Source: Narcine bancroftii (taxonomy: Eukaryota). Taken from it: a DNA stretch of 64,000 bases. The notes beneath the pieces are model-generated. The model did no database searches. It worked only from the letters and a program-made list of their open reading frames with translations, and was not told the origin of the DNA. Position numbers and translations under genes: made by a program. Below are positions 50,100 to 62,959 of the stretch, one piece after another (positions within the stretch are counted from its first letter, which is position 1; each line of letters opens with the position of its first letter). Location of the stretch: NCBI RefSeq assembly GCF_036971445.1, contig NC_091470.1, positions 105,896,001 through 105,960,000 on the forward strand. Reading direction: 5' to 3'.

Positions 50100-50575
50100 G
50101 GTTGTGCTTCATAAGTTACAGCACCAATCCACAACATCTTCACTATTTCAGCAGACCTTTAGGCCCTATGCCCTGCCAAACCGAGGTCACCTGCAATTTA
50201 GAGGTACAACGCCTTGAAATCCATCATGGCATTCACCAACCAGACAGCATTAACATTGACCTCCAGGGGCAGTTAACCCTCTCTCTCCCTTGTCTTTCTC
50301 TTTCCCTACTGCCTTTCCTCCAACTCACCATGCCCACCACTTCTCAGCTTTCCTCTCTCTGCTCTCCCACCTGTATCCACCTATGACATGTTGGTCCATG
50401 TTCCTTCCCCTGCCTCTTCCATCCTCCTCTCACCACCTTTTTACTCAGGTCCCTGTCTGATTCTGCTTATTCCTGATGAAATGTTGGTTACCTTTTACTC
50501 CTATGGATCCTGGGTGACCTGCCAGGTTTCTCCAGCCTTGCACTCAACCCTAGCATTTGCAGACTTTCTTGTTTA
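50100..50575 (+). mobile_element. Penelope-like 3' fragment
   Basis: Similarity to 57600-58085 including the terminus. Confidence 0.65.
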
Positions 50576-50998
50576 ATGCACTAAGCTACTTTTAAATTTA
50601 AATTGAGACACCCAGCACTCAACAGGCCCTTCTCACCCATGTGCCCACGCCATCCAAATACCCTAGAACCCATTTATGTTTTGAAAGATGGGAGAAAACT
50701 GGAACACCTGGAGGAAACACACATATGTACAAACTCCTTACAGACAGTGCTCGATTCAAACTCTGGTCGCTCGTACTGTCATGTAACCATAAAATCTTAA
50801 TTTTCTTTTTTAAATCATCTCCTTTCTTTTCTATTTACTTACTTACTACACACATCTATTTCAATTTCTGCTGCCCCTCATTTATAACCATGTGCAGCCA
50901 TAGAATTGGTATTGTTCAACACTGGCATCTGCCATTCATAATGTGGACAGCTTCAATAAAGCTGTACCACTCAACTCCCTGCAAACCAGATTCCAGAG

Positions 50999-51367
50999 CA
51001 ATGGTTTTCAAACTGCTCCCCTAAACTCACATAGCACTTTACGTAATCCCTCTGCCATCAGTGCTCTGTGATTAGTAAGGGGTTACTTAAGGTGGGAGGT
51101 GAGTGGGAAGGGAAGGTTGAGAACCACTGCTCTAGACCCAATTGTTACAAAATATTTTTCATGAGAAAAATTGTCATTGGCCCATTTCCTTTGGAGTTAT
51201 GAAACCATGCGCATAACGAGTCAATTTGGGACGATTAAAACAGTGGTTTTCAAACTTTTTCTTTCCACTCACATACCACGAAAAGCAATGCCTCACTAAT
51301 CACAGAGCACCGATGGCACAGGGATTACTTAAAGTGGAATACAAGTTTAGGGGGTTTGGAAATCATA
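50999..51367. mobile_element. Composite hAT (Charlie-like) MITE of two palindromic modules
   Basis: ca(g/a)tggttttcaaact...aaccactg modules; 8-bp flanks ttccagag/ttctagag; related copies at 38648-38763 and 54250-54489. Confidence 0.72.
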
Positions 51368-51852
51368 TTCTAGAGTGAAACACAGAAGTCTGCAAGTGCA
51401 AAAACACAAAAATACTAGAGGAACTCAGCAGGTCACACAGCTTTCATCGGAGGTAAAGATGCAAGATTCTAGAGCCAATTGACATGACCAAGACTCGTTA
51501 CTCCTCCTAACGTCAGCCTCTTTGGGATGCAGTCCATTTTTGCTAGGTTATGCAACTGTGAAATATTAGTTAGCACAGGCCTCTAGCTAACAGTGATTCA
51601 ATGCCATGTGTGGCATGACACCAGAAATACTTTAATGATTCGCTTATGTTTGGATTGTCTCATATAATCACGAGCAGGCTCTTCAGTTCTCGTCAAGTTG
51701 TAAAGCAGAGCCACCTAAGTCTACAAGGAGGAGGGAATCAAGGTAAACAAACAGCACTGATAACAAAGTATCATCCTAAATTCTATCCAAACCAACTTCC
51801 TTTCCCATAAATGTATTTTTTATTCAATTTACGGTTTACATTTAACATTATG

Positions 51853-52330
51853 GTGGCACGGACAGTGCAGCAGTTAATGCAATGCTGTTACAGCCCCAGT
51901 GATCGGGACTGGGGTTCGAACCCTGCGCTGTCTGTAAGGAGTTTGTATGTTCTCCTCCAGGTTTCCTCCGGGTGCTCTGGTGTTCTCCCACTGTTCAAAG
52001 TGTGCAGGGGCTTGTAGATCAATTGGATGTTATTGGGCAGCATGGGCATGTGGGCCAAAAGGCCTTGTGACCACACTGGAGGTCTAAATTTAAACTGTAA
52101 CAGTTTAAATTTCACAATACAACATAGTAGGAGCCAATTCTGGCACATGAAACCAGTGCTGCCCATCTAATTTATCTCCCAACCCCGTACGTTTTTGGAG
52201 GGTGGGAAGAAACTGGAGCACCGGGAGGAAACCCAAGTAGACAGGGGGAGAACGTACAAACTCCTTACAGCCAGTGCTGGATTCAAACATGGGTCACTGG
52301 TGCTGCCACTGCCATGCCCTAGCCTAACCT
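51853..52330. mobile_element. Tail-to-tail pair of SINEs (+ 51853-52095, - 52103-52330)
   Basis: Two copies of the same family in opposite orientation, nearly adjacent. Confidence 0.85.
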
Positions 52331-52582
52331 CTCGAGGAATTTCGGATGATTCACCCACTGTGAGACATGTCAAATAGTTTTCCTGTGAATATCCTTTGGC
52401 TCAAACAGCCCTTGCAATAAAGTGGAAAGCTTCCCTTCTCTGCAGAACCACAAAAATGTAGAAAAATATCAGCTTTTTCCCCACTTCCTAGAATCCTTCA
52501 ACCATAAAATATCTTTAAAAAAGTTTTGTATTTACACAGAAGCATTTTCAAATATGCAAGTATTTTATCTGCATTTTTTTTA

Positions 52583-52705
<123 letters not shown>

Positions 52706-53769
52706 CTACAGGAACAGAAACAATCAGTTACTAACCTGCTGTCTGCAACCAGAGGCCCCTGTTCAACAGATTATCTTTGCAAACAGAGAATTCCATTTAG
52801 ATTACAAGCATCTCAACATAAAGTGCTCTGTAGCCAATTAATGAATAATTGTTCAGCAGCTGAACGGTGGAGGACGAGGGGGAGACCTGATAGAGATGTA
52901 CAGGATGATGAGATGCTCGTGTGCAGGGCCAGAGGCTTTTTCCCAGGGCTGGAATGGCTAACACTAGGGGTCATAGTTTTAAGGTGGTTGGGAGTAAGTA
53001 TTGCGGGTGTGGGGGGGGGGGGGGGGTGAGGGTGATGAAGTATGTTTTGTTTAAACATAGAACTTGCATGATTTTTTTTTCTGTTCTGATGTGTCCCCCC
53101 ATTTTCTGGGAGTGGCCGCTCACACAGGAACAACCAAAATTCCAAATATCTGTATCACACCACAAGTTTAAACAGAATACCTGAAGTGTGATATTTATGG
53201 AGGCTGGACATCTTATTCATTCGCCTGTTGTTCATGGATCACCTAGAGTTCAGTTTAGACCACAGGCGATCCACGAAAATAACTAGGGGTCGAGGAGGTA
53301 AAATGTCGGAATGGGAATTAATCTTTATTCCTGTTCTGATTTCTTTACACAGATTGGGAAATTGGGAATAATTTCCTGCAACGCAGCGGCCAAATGAAAA
53401 AAACATACAAGAGGCAAATTTTTCCCACAGAGGGTGATAGGTGCATGGAAAATGCTGCTGGCTATGACAGCGTAGGTAGGGAAAAAATGATCTTTTAAGA
53501 GACTATTAGGTAGGTACATGAGTTACGCAGTTGGGAAATTCTAGGCAGTTATTAGAGTTGGTTACTATGTCAGCACACACAGTGGGCCGAAAGAGGAAGG
53601 ATTGTTGGTTTAAAATAGGCCTATTTTTATGCTAGAGGCTTGTCCTGTCGGGGGGATGAACATAGAGCATGGATAAACTCGTGACTGGGATATGGGAGCC
53701 ATTATGGAAACCAGGCTTAGAGAGGGACAGAATTGACAGCTCAACATTCCAGAGTACGGGTGCTTCAGA

Positions 53770-54246
53770 AAGCTACCAAATTTTAAGAATTATTATAGAG
53801 CAGCACAATTAAGATACCCATCAGATTTTTATCAAACAAGGGAAAAACAAGAATGGACCAGATTAGAGATAGATAAAATAGGGGAGAAGGTACCTGAACA
53901 TATACTATATAAGTGGGATGAAAAGCTGGTACAACATGGGAATTCACCAGTACTGCACCATCTGTTCAACATTTGGAAGAAGATTCACGTAGAAAGGAAA
54001 AAAAACAAATTATCAACTACCAAAATTAATAATGACGCAAAATCAACTAATCCCCTTCACAATAGATAACCTTTCCTTTAGAGAATGGGAGAGAAAAGGG
54101 ATCAAAAGAATAGAAAATTGTTTTTTCGGGAAATAAATTATTATCTTTTGAACAAATGAAATGCAAATATGGTATAACTCACGGTACAATGTCTGCATAC
54201 CACCAACTGAAAACCTACTTGAAGGACAAATTAGGAAGCAGGCTGA
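53770..54246 (+). mobile_element. L1-clade ORF2 fragment (C-terminal region)
   Basis: LPNFKNYYRAAQL-type peptide; AT-rich; overlaps the start of the 61485 copy by about 30 nt. Confidence 0.75.
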
Positions 54247-55165
54247 AGCAATTGTACCTAATTGACTCGTTCTGTGCACGGTTTCAGAACTCCAAAGGAA
54301 ATGGGCCAATGACAATTTTTCTCAAGCGAAATACTTCAGTAACAATTGGGTCTAGAGCACTGATTCTCAACCTTCCCTTCCCATTCACATCCCATCTTAA
54401 GCAATCCCTTACTAATCACAGAGTACCGATGGCATAGGAATTACTTAAAGTGGGATGTGAGTGGAAAGAAAAAGGTTAAGAACCACTGGAATAATGTTTT
54501 GGCACAGACTAGAAGGGCTGAATGGCTTATTTTCTGTGTTGTTGGTTTCTATGGCTATAGTCTAGGGAAATTGGGAAGGGCAAGTGAATGATGTGTTGGG
54601 GATTAATCTTTTGGGACCATTATCCATCGTTCTGAGAGGTCTAAAATAGCTATGTGGAGAGACAGGGCAGGACCAAGAGTTAAAATTCGGAATTGGGGCA
54701 AGGCCAATTTTTAATGTACAAGACAAGAACTAGCTTGAGTTAATTGGAACCAGCTATTTGAAAGAAGAGGAATATTAGGAAAATGGGATGTTTTCTTTAA
54801 AAGTGTGTTGACACGAGTCCAGAATGTGTATGTTCTTGTAAGAATAAAGGATTAGACATGCAAAGCTTGAAAGAGGAGGGAAATTCATTCTCTGGTCAAG
54901 GAGGAGGTACAGGGCAGGAATAAGCAGCTGGAAACAAGTGCGTATCTAGAGGAGTTTTGGGAGCTGGGGAGCAAGTGAAGAAAGGAAATCAGGGAAGCTG
55001 AATGGGGATAGCCATGGTAGATAACATTAAGGATAACACTGGCCAATGAAGACTTTGCTTCCTGAACATTTTTGGGGTTATTTTATGGACTTTGTGGTGA
55101 TCACATAAACCATCTTAAAATTTTGGAATCACTTGCCGTTTTTTTTAGATACAACTTATTTTTGT

Positions 55166-56260
55166 GATGTTGAACTATATGACTATAAATATTAATGGAA
55201 TATATAACCAAATTAAACAAAAAAGGCTATTAAATTTCCTAAAAAAAAAATAGACATAGCATTTGTGGAGGAAACGCATCTAACTGAAGTGGAACATAAT
55301 AAATTAAGGAGAGACTGGGTAGGGCACGTAGCGGCAGCATCCTATAATTCAAAAGCCAGAGGTATAGCTATATTAATGAATAAAAATATACCAATCAAAA
55401 TAATAGATCCAGCAGGGAGGTATGTAATGATAAAGTGTCGGATATATTCAGAATTCTGGAATTTGATCAATATATATGCACCTAATGAAGAGGATCAAAA
55501 GTTTATGCAAGATTTTTTTTGAAGATTGTAGATACGCAGGGTAATATATTAATAGCAGGGGATTTTAACCTTAATTTGGACCCAATGTTGGATAAAACTG
55601 AACAAAAGACTAGGAAAAAGCATAAAGTAGCCAAATTTATGGTTAATTTATGATTATACAGAATTTAAAAAAGAATTACCATTTAATTGTCAAACACAAG
55701 CAATCCAATACCTAGGTATTAGATTAGATAATAATTTAAACCACCTGTACAAATTAAATTATCAACCATTAATGAAGGAATTACAGGAAGACTTAGAACA
55801 TTGGAAAGATTTACCACTAACACTGATAGGAAGGGTAAATTGCATTAAAATGAATGTTTTCCCAAGGATACAATACTTATTTCAATCGTTACCAATTCCC
55901 TTAACAGAGAAATTCTTCAATGAACTAAAGAGAATAATAAGGAAATTCTTGTGGAAAGGGGGGAAACCGAGGATTGCGTTAGACCTCCACCCCCTAAAAT
56001 GATAAAATGATAAGAGGACAAAATGACTTGACCCAGTGTGTAAAAGTAGATGACACAATTTTCTTGTTTATTTTCATTGTGTGATGACATTGTTTAATGG
56101 TTTTATTGTATTGTATATGTTGAATGTTTAATGGGTTTGGAGGGGGGAGGGAAGGTAGGGGAGGGAGGAAAAGGATAGAAAATGCCACTGTGTACATTTA
56201 AGCTATGTTTGCACGTATTTTGATTGATATGGTTCACAGTGTGAAAAATAAAAAAAAAAT
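55166..56260 (+). mobile_element. L1-clade LINE, internally deleted (APE endonuclease + post-RT region + 3' UTR/poly-A)
   Basis: NING, ETHL, NIYAPN and GDFN endonuclease motifs; W..LPLTLIGRVN.IKMN..PRIQYLFQ; ends aataaaaaaaaaa. Confidence 0.85.
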
Positions 56261-57051
56261 TTAAAAATTATTTTTTTTTTAATGATGGAGGGCAACATGT
56301 CATTGAAAATTTATTTCCTGCATTTGCACTTGGAATTCCCTGCTGATCCTGGTGCCATCACCAGAACATGGTGAAAGGTTTCACCAGGATATTGCAACCA
56401 TGGAAAAGCGGTATCAAGGCAACCGGAATCCATCCATGTCGGCCGACTATTGTTGGACACTGACACCAGAGGCATCAGATGCTGAGTACAAGTGAAAATC
56501 AGCAGCAAAGCATTTTTGGGTCATTTCAACTCACGCGATGGGTCAGCGTCATTATGAAATTAAACATTTTAAATTCAATAAAAGTTAACAATGTTTCTCC
56601 AACTTCCTATGTGATTCAGCAAATCTGAAATTTTCTTTGTGTTCAGCTTGAGGTTATCTATCATAATCCCCAATTTATTTTCAGGAAGCAAACCTTTTGA
56701 AATAATTTAAGGTCCAGTGTAATTCATAGGAGATGGCAAGGTCCTCAATGAGTACTTCTACTCTGCTTTTACTGTGAAGAAGGCCATGAGGTCTGGCGAA
56801 CTTGAGGCAGTCAATGGTAGTTTCTTGAGAACAGTCAGCATTACAATTGAGGAGGTGCTGGAGGTCCTGACATATGTGAAAGTAGACAAATCTCCTAGGT
56901 ATGATCAGTTCTACTCGGGGACCATGCAATTGCAGGTGCCCTGGCCGATATTTTTGAGTTGTCATTAAGGGATGCCAGAAGAATGAAGGATGGCAAATGT
57001 TGTGCCACTATTCAAGAAGGGCTGCGGGGAAAAACCTAGGAACTGCAGGCC

Positions 57052-58101
57052 TCTGAAATGTCTGCCTTCTTCCACAAACGTGGCTTCCCCTCCACCACTA
57101 TTAACTCAGCCATCACCCACATCTCCTCCATTTCCTGCTCATCTGCCCTAGCCCTTCCCTGCCCCTAGAAATAATAAACACAGAATCTCCCTTGTCCTCA
57201 CCTACCACCCCACCAGCTTTCCCATCCAACGCATTATCCGCTAGAATTTCTGGCACTTACTACAGGTCCCCACCACCAGACACATTTTTCTTTTTCCTCC
57301 CCTCTCAACCTTCTGTAGGGACCGCTCCCTCTGTGATTCCCTTGGGCACTCTTCCTTCCCCACCTATTGTGCACCCCCCAAACCCTGGCACCTTCCAATG
57401 TGGTTGTAGGAGGTGTAATACCTGCACCCACACCTCCTCCCTCACCACGGCCCCAAACAGACTTTTCAGGTGAAGCAACACTTCACCTGTACCTCCAAAA
57501 AACTCATTTACTGCATCCAGTGCACCCTCTGTGGCCTTCTGTACGTCGGAGACTGATCGCAGATTAGGAGATCGCTTCACCCAGCACCTCCTCTCCATTT
57601 GCAACAAAAGCCAACCATTTCAATTCTGAGCTACACTCTCAAGCTCACGTCTGTCCATGGCCTTTCACACTACCCTACCCTGACCACTACAGATTGGAGG
57701 AACACCACCTCATTTTTTGTCTGGGCACCCTCCAACCCCAGGGTATGAACAATGAGTTCACTGTATTCCAATAATCAGCTTGCCTTTCCCCCCTCCCCCC
57801 ACTTTAACTAGTTATTCTAGTTCCTACTTCCTTTCTCTCTCCACCTATCATAGACTCCTCCCCCCACTTCCTGCAGTCCTTCCCCCCCCCCCATCCCCAT
57901 CATCTCCCACCCTCACCAACCCCCCCCTTTTGTTTGGACATCTCTCATGTTCCCCCACACCTTGATGAAGGGCTCAAGCCTGAAACATTTGTGATGTATC
58001 TTTACCTTTGCTACATAAAGGCACTGTTTGACCTGCTGAGTTTCTCCAGCATTTCTGTGTTTTCTTCACTTAACCACGATGTCAACAGAATCCTGTGTTT
58101 T
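57052..58101 (+). mobile_element. Penelope-like retroelement fragment with GIY-YIG endonuclease remnant
   Basis: FQVKQHFTCTS..IYCIQC..CGLLYVGE..R.LGDRF remnant; flanked by an 18-bp duplication acct(a/c)ggaact(g/a)caggcc at 57034-57051 and 58102-58119. Confidence 0.85.
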
Positions 58102-58487
58102 ACCTCGGAACTACAGGCCAGTAAGCTTAATGTCTGTGGTAGATAAATACTAGGGAGTGTTCTGAGGGAAGTGCACATGCTTTTGAATGGACAAGGGCTG
58201 AAAAAGGGATAGTCAACATGGTTTTGTAAGTGAGAGGTCACGTCTCATAAATCTGCTTAAGTGTTTTTTTGGAGAGGTGACCAAAAAATGTTGAGAACAA
58301 CAGAGCTGTTGACATTGTACATATGGATTACCGGAAGGCTTTGGATAAGGTTCCACATGGTAGGCTGTTCTAGAAGGTTAGATTGCTTGGGATTCATGGA
58401 AGATTGGTAAACAATTGGCTTTGTGGAAGAAAGGAGAGTGGAGAAGTTTGTTGAGGCAGGTACTATGACAGGATTTAAAAAAAAATA

Positions 58488-58598
58488 TTTAGATACATGG
58501 ATTGGATATTTGGCAGGATGTGAGCTCAATGTCACACAACTTAACATCTGGTGAAATTGAGCTCACATCCCGCCAAATATCCAATCCATGTATCTAAA
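58488..58598. repeat. 43-bp near-perfect inverted repeat with 25-nt loop
   Basis: 58488-58530 vs reverse complement of 58556-58598: one mismatch. Confidence 0.95.
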
Positions 58599-58773
58599 AT
58601 GTCCACGCTGTGTGACTCTATGACAGACACGATTGTTTGAAAATATATCGTGGAAACAGCTGCTGCCACGTGGTAGACATTAACCACCCACTTTTTCCAA
58701 GACATCTCTCACTCTTTGAACTCATCTTGCAAATTGTCGACAAACGTCTGACACATCTTACACCAAGACCTAC

Positions 58774-58845
58774 CTTTAGAGTTTGATACCTCTCATTGTG
58801 GAGAATACTTTCAACTTCGCTACAAGACCCATCTTCAAGGATTTC
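58774..58845 (-). CDS. POLM: POLM exon 5 (EILEDGSCSEVESILHNERYQTLK)
   Basis: ERYQT motif; ctgcag| acceptor, AAG|gtaggt donor; 72 nt. Confidence 0.94.
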
Positions 58846-58947
58846 CTGCAGCAAAGAATGAGAAGACAGATTCTATATTTCTTGCAAATAACTCATGGGA
58901 ACAAATAACAATAATGAAATTTTCTGCCCTCTGAAAACTAAGTTAAT

Positions 58948-60675
58948 GGACTGCTTTGAATTGGTGGACTGGAACTTAATCAGCTACTCATCCATAGACG
59001 TGAATGAATATGCAACAGGTGTCACCGACATCATTCACCTGGGTGGATGAGTCTGTGCCAGCGTGTTCCCCAACCAGAAGCCCTGGATGAATCAGAGAAT
59101 ACGCAACCTGCTGAGGGCGAGAACAGGGGTGTTTAAACCCAGAGGATCAGGATCTTTACAAGAAGTCCAGGCATGACCTGCGGAAGTGCAGGCCATTATA
59201 GCCCTCAAAGTGCGGACAAACACTATAGATGTCCGTGATGCTTCATTACCTAATGAGCTAAACAACTTCTATGCCTGCTTTGAGAAAAAGAACCAAACAG
59301 TGCCTACTAGAATCCCTAAAAAGGCTGAGGATCCTGTGTTATCTGTTTCTGAGCGTGACGTCAGAACATCATTCAAAAGGGTGAAGCATCGCAAGGTGTC
59401 AGGCCCCAACGGCGTACCTGGCAGGGTACTGAAAATCTGCACCAACCAACTAGCCGGAGTGTTCACGGACATTTTCCACCTCTCATTGCTGCAGTCAGAG
59501 GTTCCCACCTGCTTCAAAAGGGCATCAATCATCCTGGTGCCCAAGAAGAGCAGAGTGAGCTGCCTCAACAACTATCACCCAGCAGCACTGACTTCTACTG
59601 TGATGAAATGCTTTGAGAGGCAGATCACAGCCAGAATTAACATGTACCTAATTAAAGATCTGGACCCTCTCCAATTTGCCGATTGTCACAATCGCTCCAC
59701 AGCAGATGCAATATCGCTGGCTCTCCACAGGTCTGGATCCCCTCGAAAACAGCAATTCATACAGAAGGCTGCTACAGCTCGGCCTTCAACACCATTATTC
59801 CCTCAATGCTGGTCAAGAAGCTACAAACTCTAGGCCTCTGTACCACCTCCCCCCTTGCACAACTGGATCCTTGACTTTTTCCATCAGAAGACCACAGTCA
59901 GAATGAATTGGAAACTACGCCTCCTCCTCACTGATTAGACCACTGCTCTACTCATTATACACACACGACTGTGTGGCCAGGTATAATTCCAAGTTCGCCG
60001 ATGACACCACAGATGGCAGCAGAATCACAAACACCAATGGGGAAGTGTACAGGAGGGAGATAGATCAGCTCGTTGAATGATGTAATGACAACAACCTTGT
60101 GCTCACCATCAGCAAAACCAAGGACTTCAGGAGGAAGGGGGAACACGACCCAGTCCTCATCAAGGACTCTGTAGTGGAGAGGGTCAAGAACATCAAATTC
60201 TTGGGTGTCAACATTTGCCAGGATCTGTCCTGGAGCCTCCATGTTGATGCAATCACAAAGAAGGCTTGACAGTGATTATACTTCGCATGGTGTTGAGAAA
60301 ATTCTGAAGGTCACCAAAGGTTCTCATAAATTTCTACAGGTGTACTGTGGAGAGCATTCTGGCTGGTTGCATCGCTGCCTGGTACAGAGGCACCAACTCT
60401 CAGGACAAGAATAAACTCCAGAGGGCTGTTAACTTGGCCTGCGACATCAAAGGCACCAGACTTCACTCCATCGAGGACATTGACATGAGGCGGTGTCTTA
60501 AAAAAGCAGCCTCTATCCTCAGAGACCTCCATCACCCAGGTCATGCCCTCTTCACTCTGCTACCATTAGGAAAAAGGTACAAGAATAGCTTCTTCTCCCT
60601 CTGCCATCAGATTCCTGAATAATCAATGAATGAAAGACACCGCCTTACTTATCGTGCACTATATTATTTTTACTT
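58948..60675 (+). mobile_element. Rex1/Babar LINE, decayed RT region and 3' end
   Basis: ORF 59186..59833 (LNNFYACF, GPNGVPGRVLK, PVPKK-like, ALTS.VMKCFER, LDPLQFA); KFADDT and ESIL.GCI..WYG further downstream, with frameshifts. Confidence 0.9.
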
Positions 60676-60747
60676 TTATAAATAGAAGTGATACTACTGG
60701 ATATGGAAGAAATGAGTCAGACCACATGAATACTATCAGGCCATTAC

Positions 60748-60918
60748 CTTAATCACCTTTCTGGAATGGACCCCAAGACTGGGAATCCTTTGGAGATCCT
60801 CCACTTTGGTCACAGTGTGTGGCAAAGACTTTAAAATTGAGGATGCTCTGGAGAACGCCAAGTACCGCCCTTCACTCTCACTGAACTCTGCATTTTCAGC
60901 CAGTACCTTCAATGCTTC
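60748..60918 (-). CDS. POLM: POLM exon 4 (8-kDa domain: EALKVLAENAEFSESEGRYLAFSRASSILKSLP...GVHSRKVIK)
   Basis: Hand translation; Pol mu-type SEGR and GxHS residues; ttcttag| acceptor, AAG|gtaatg donor; 171 nt. Confidence 0.94.
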
Positions 60919-61484
60919 CTAAGAATTAAGACAAACATTTCCTCTAAATCCATTTTATTGTGCCTCTTCGACTGTGTACTTTTCATCACAGCCCATTTCT
61001 AGCACCTGGGCAAGATGGGCCGAAGGGCCTGTTTCCATACTCAAAAACCGACCTAACTGGTTGAAAATAAATCCTAGAAATGCTAACCAAGGACTTTTTT
61101 TTCTGAGACATCTCTCACTCTAGGAACTCATCTTGAAAACTGTCCACATCCTTGTGACAAAACATTTCTTGCACTAAGGCCCATACTCATACATTTTTGG
61201 AGGGTGGTTGGAAACCGGAACACCTGGTGCAAACACGGGGAGAACGTGCAAACTCCTTAATGGGAGTGCCGGATTCGAACTTGAGTTGCTGATGCTGTAA
61301 TAGAGTTGTGCCAACCCCTGGGCTAACTGTGCATTTGATACCTCTCATTCGAATAAAACTCCAACAATCTACTGCTTGAGATTTATTTACAAAAAATCGA
61401 CTTTATTCACAAATTATTTACAAAAGGTAAACCCACTATTCATTATTAGTTTCATATATTCCCATCAAGATTTCTTTGTCATAT

Positions 61485-62484
61485 TCCTACTTGAAGGACA
61501 AATTGGGAAGCAGTCTGAGGTTACCAGAGGGAAGTAATTTTGAATATGTGATTACAGACACAATGATAATCAAAAAATTTGTAACAAACATGTATATTAA
61601 ACTACAAGAAAAGGAGAATGAGGAAACAAATGGTAAAACTAAACAAAAATGGGAACAAGATCTAAACATAAAGATAAAGAATGAAACATGGGAGAAGTTA
61701 TGCTCAGGAACTATGAGAAATAAAATAAACACGATGTTACGTATGATACAATATAACTGGATACTCAGGCTATACATTACACCTCAAAAGTTAAATAAAT
61801 GGGACCCAACAGTATCTGACAGATGTTTTCACTGTAAAAAGGAAATGGGAATAACAATTCATGCAATTTGGACATGTGAGAAAGTGAAAAAATTTTGGGA
61901 AGATCTAAACCAGATATTAAATAAAATCACAAAAAGCAATATACCAAAAAACCCAGAGATCTTCCTCCTAAGTAACATAAAAAACAAAGAATTTGGACTC
62001 GATTTGGTTGGTGCATAAAAAAGATTTGTTATGATAGCCCTAGCTGTAGCAAAAAAATGTATTATGTCAACCTGGAAATTAGAAGATAACTTGAGAATAC
62101 AACAATGGTATATAGAAATGAATAAATGTATTCCATTGGAAAAAAATAACCTATAATTTAAGAAATAACATTACAATATTTGAACAAATATGGGAGCCAT
62201 ACATGAAACATAATAGAGAAAACCTACCGTGGACATCTACCACCTAAAATGACAGAAGGAGAAGAGAATGGAAAGAACTGACTCAGTGGAATTTCTTGTT
62301 TATTTTTATTGAGTAATGTATCTTATATTCTGAACTTTAAATAAATGGGAGGGGAGGTAGGGAGGGAGGGAGGGGAGGAGGGAAGGGGGGTGAGAAAATG
62401 ACACTGTATATATTTAAGAAGGAAAATGTATGTATCTTGATCAATATGGTTTATAGTGTGAAAAATAAAAAATTTAAAAAAAAA
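61485..62484 (+). mobile_element. L1-clade 3' fragment with Cys-rich domain and poly-A
   Basis: ORF 61476..62018 (KWEQDL, RLYITP, CFHC...HAIWTC..VKKFW); 3' UTR shared with 55995-56260. Confidence 0.87.
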
Positions 62485-62699
62485 AGATTTCTTTGTCATA
62501 TAATAGAAAGTAATATTACATGCCCGCAGTAAGGCAGTCTTCATTACGGTGTTGCCCAGCACCTTTACAGTAAACATAACTTTACATTGTTACATTGATT
62601 TATATATACACATTTAACACCATTTTACAATGTAATCCATGCAATTCCCTTCTTGTGGTTTAGGGTCAGAACAGGGGAAGGTTGTCTATTGATTATTAC

Positions 62700-62792
62700 C
62701 GTCAATAATCTGTTTTTGTTCATCAGTGAAGTCCTTCTTTGACAGGCATAGGGTGAAATGAGCTCCTCAGTCACTGCAACAGCTCCTTCCAC
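62700..62792 (-). CDS. POLM: POLM exon 3 (VEGAVAVTEELISPYACQRRTSLMNKNRLLT)
   Basis: YACQR motif of Pol mu/TdT; tttcag| acceptor, ACG|gtaata donor; 93 nt. Confidence 0.93.
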
Positions 62793-62959
62793 CTGAAAAT
62801 TAAATATAATTAACAAGCATTTAACCAACCTTTTCACAAAAGAAATCAGACCAGACCCTTTCATATTAAAAATCAGGCCAATGATTTAATGAAGAGCTTG
62901 AAGCCGTCATTTCATGTTGTTGAGCACCTTCACTTCATCCGCAAATAACGGGGACATTC

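Larger units (their letters stand above)
53620..58500 (+). mobile_element. Old CR1 element fragmented by later insertions (pieces about 53620-53770, 54630-55040, 56690-57051, 58120-58500)
   Basis: Colinear EN -> pre-RT -> RT remnants (ET.L, ANVVPLFKKG, NYRPVSL, KA.DKVPH). Confidence 0.6.

Noticed and set aside
54214-61516. L1 pieces at 53770-54246 and 61485-62484 as one split element
   Set aside because: POLM exons 4 and 5 lie between them and the overlap has mismatches; independent copies are more likely.
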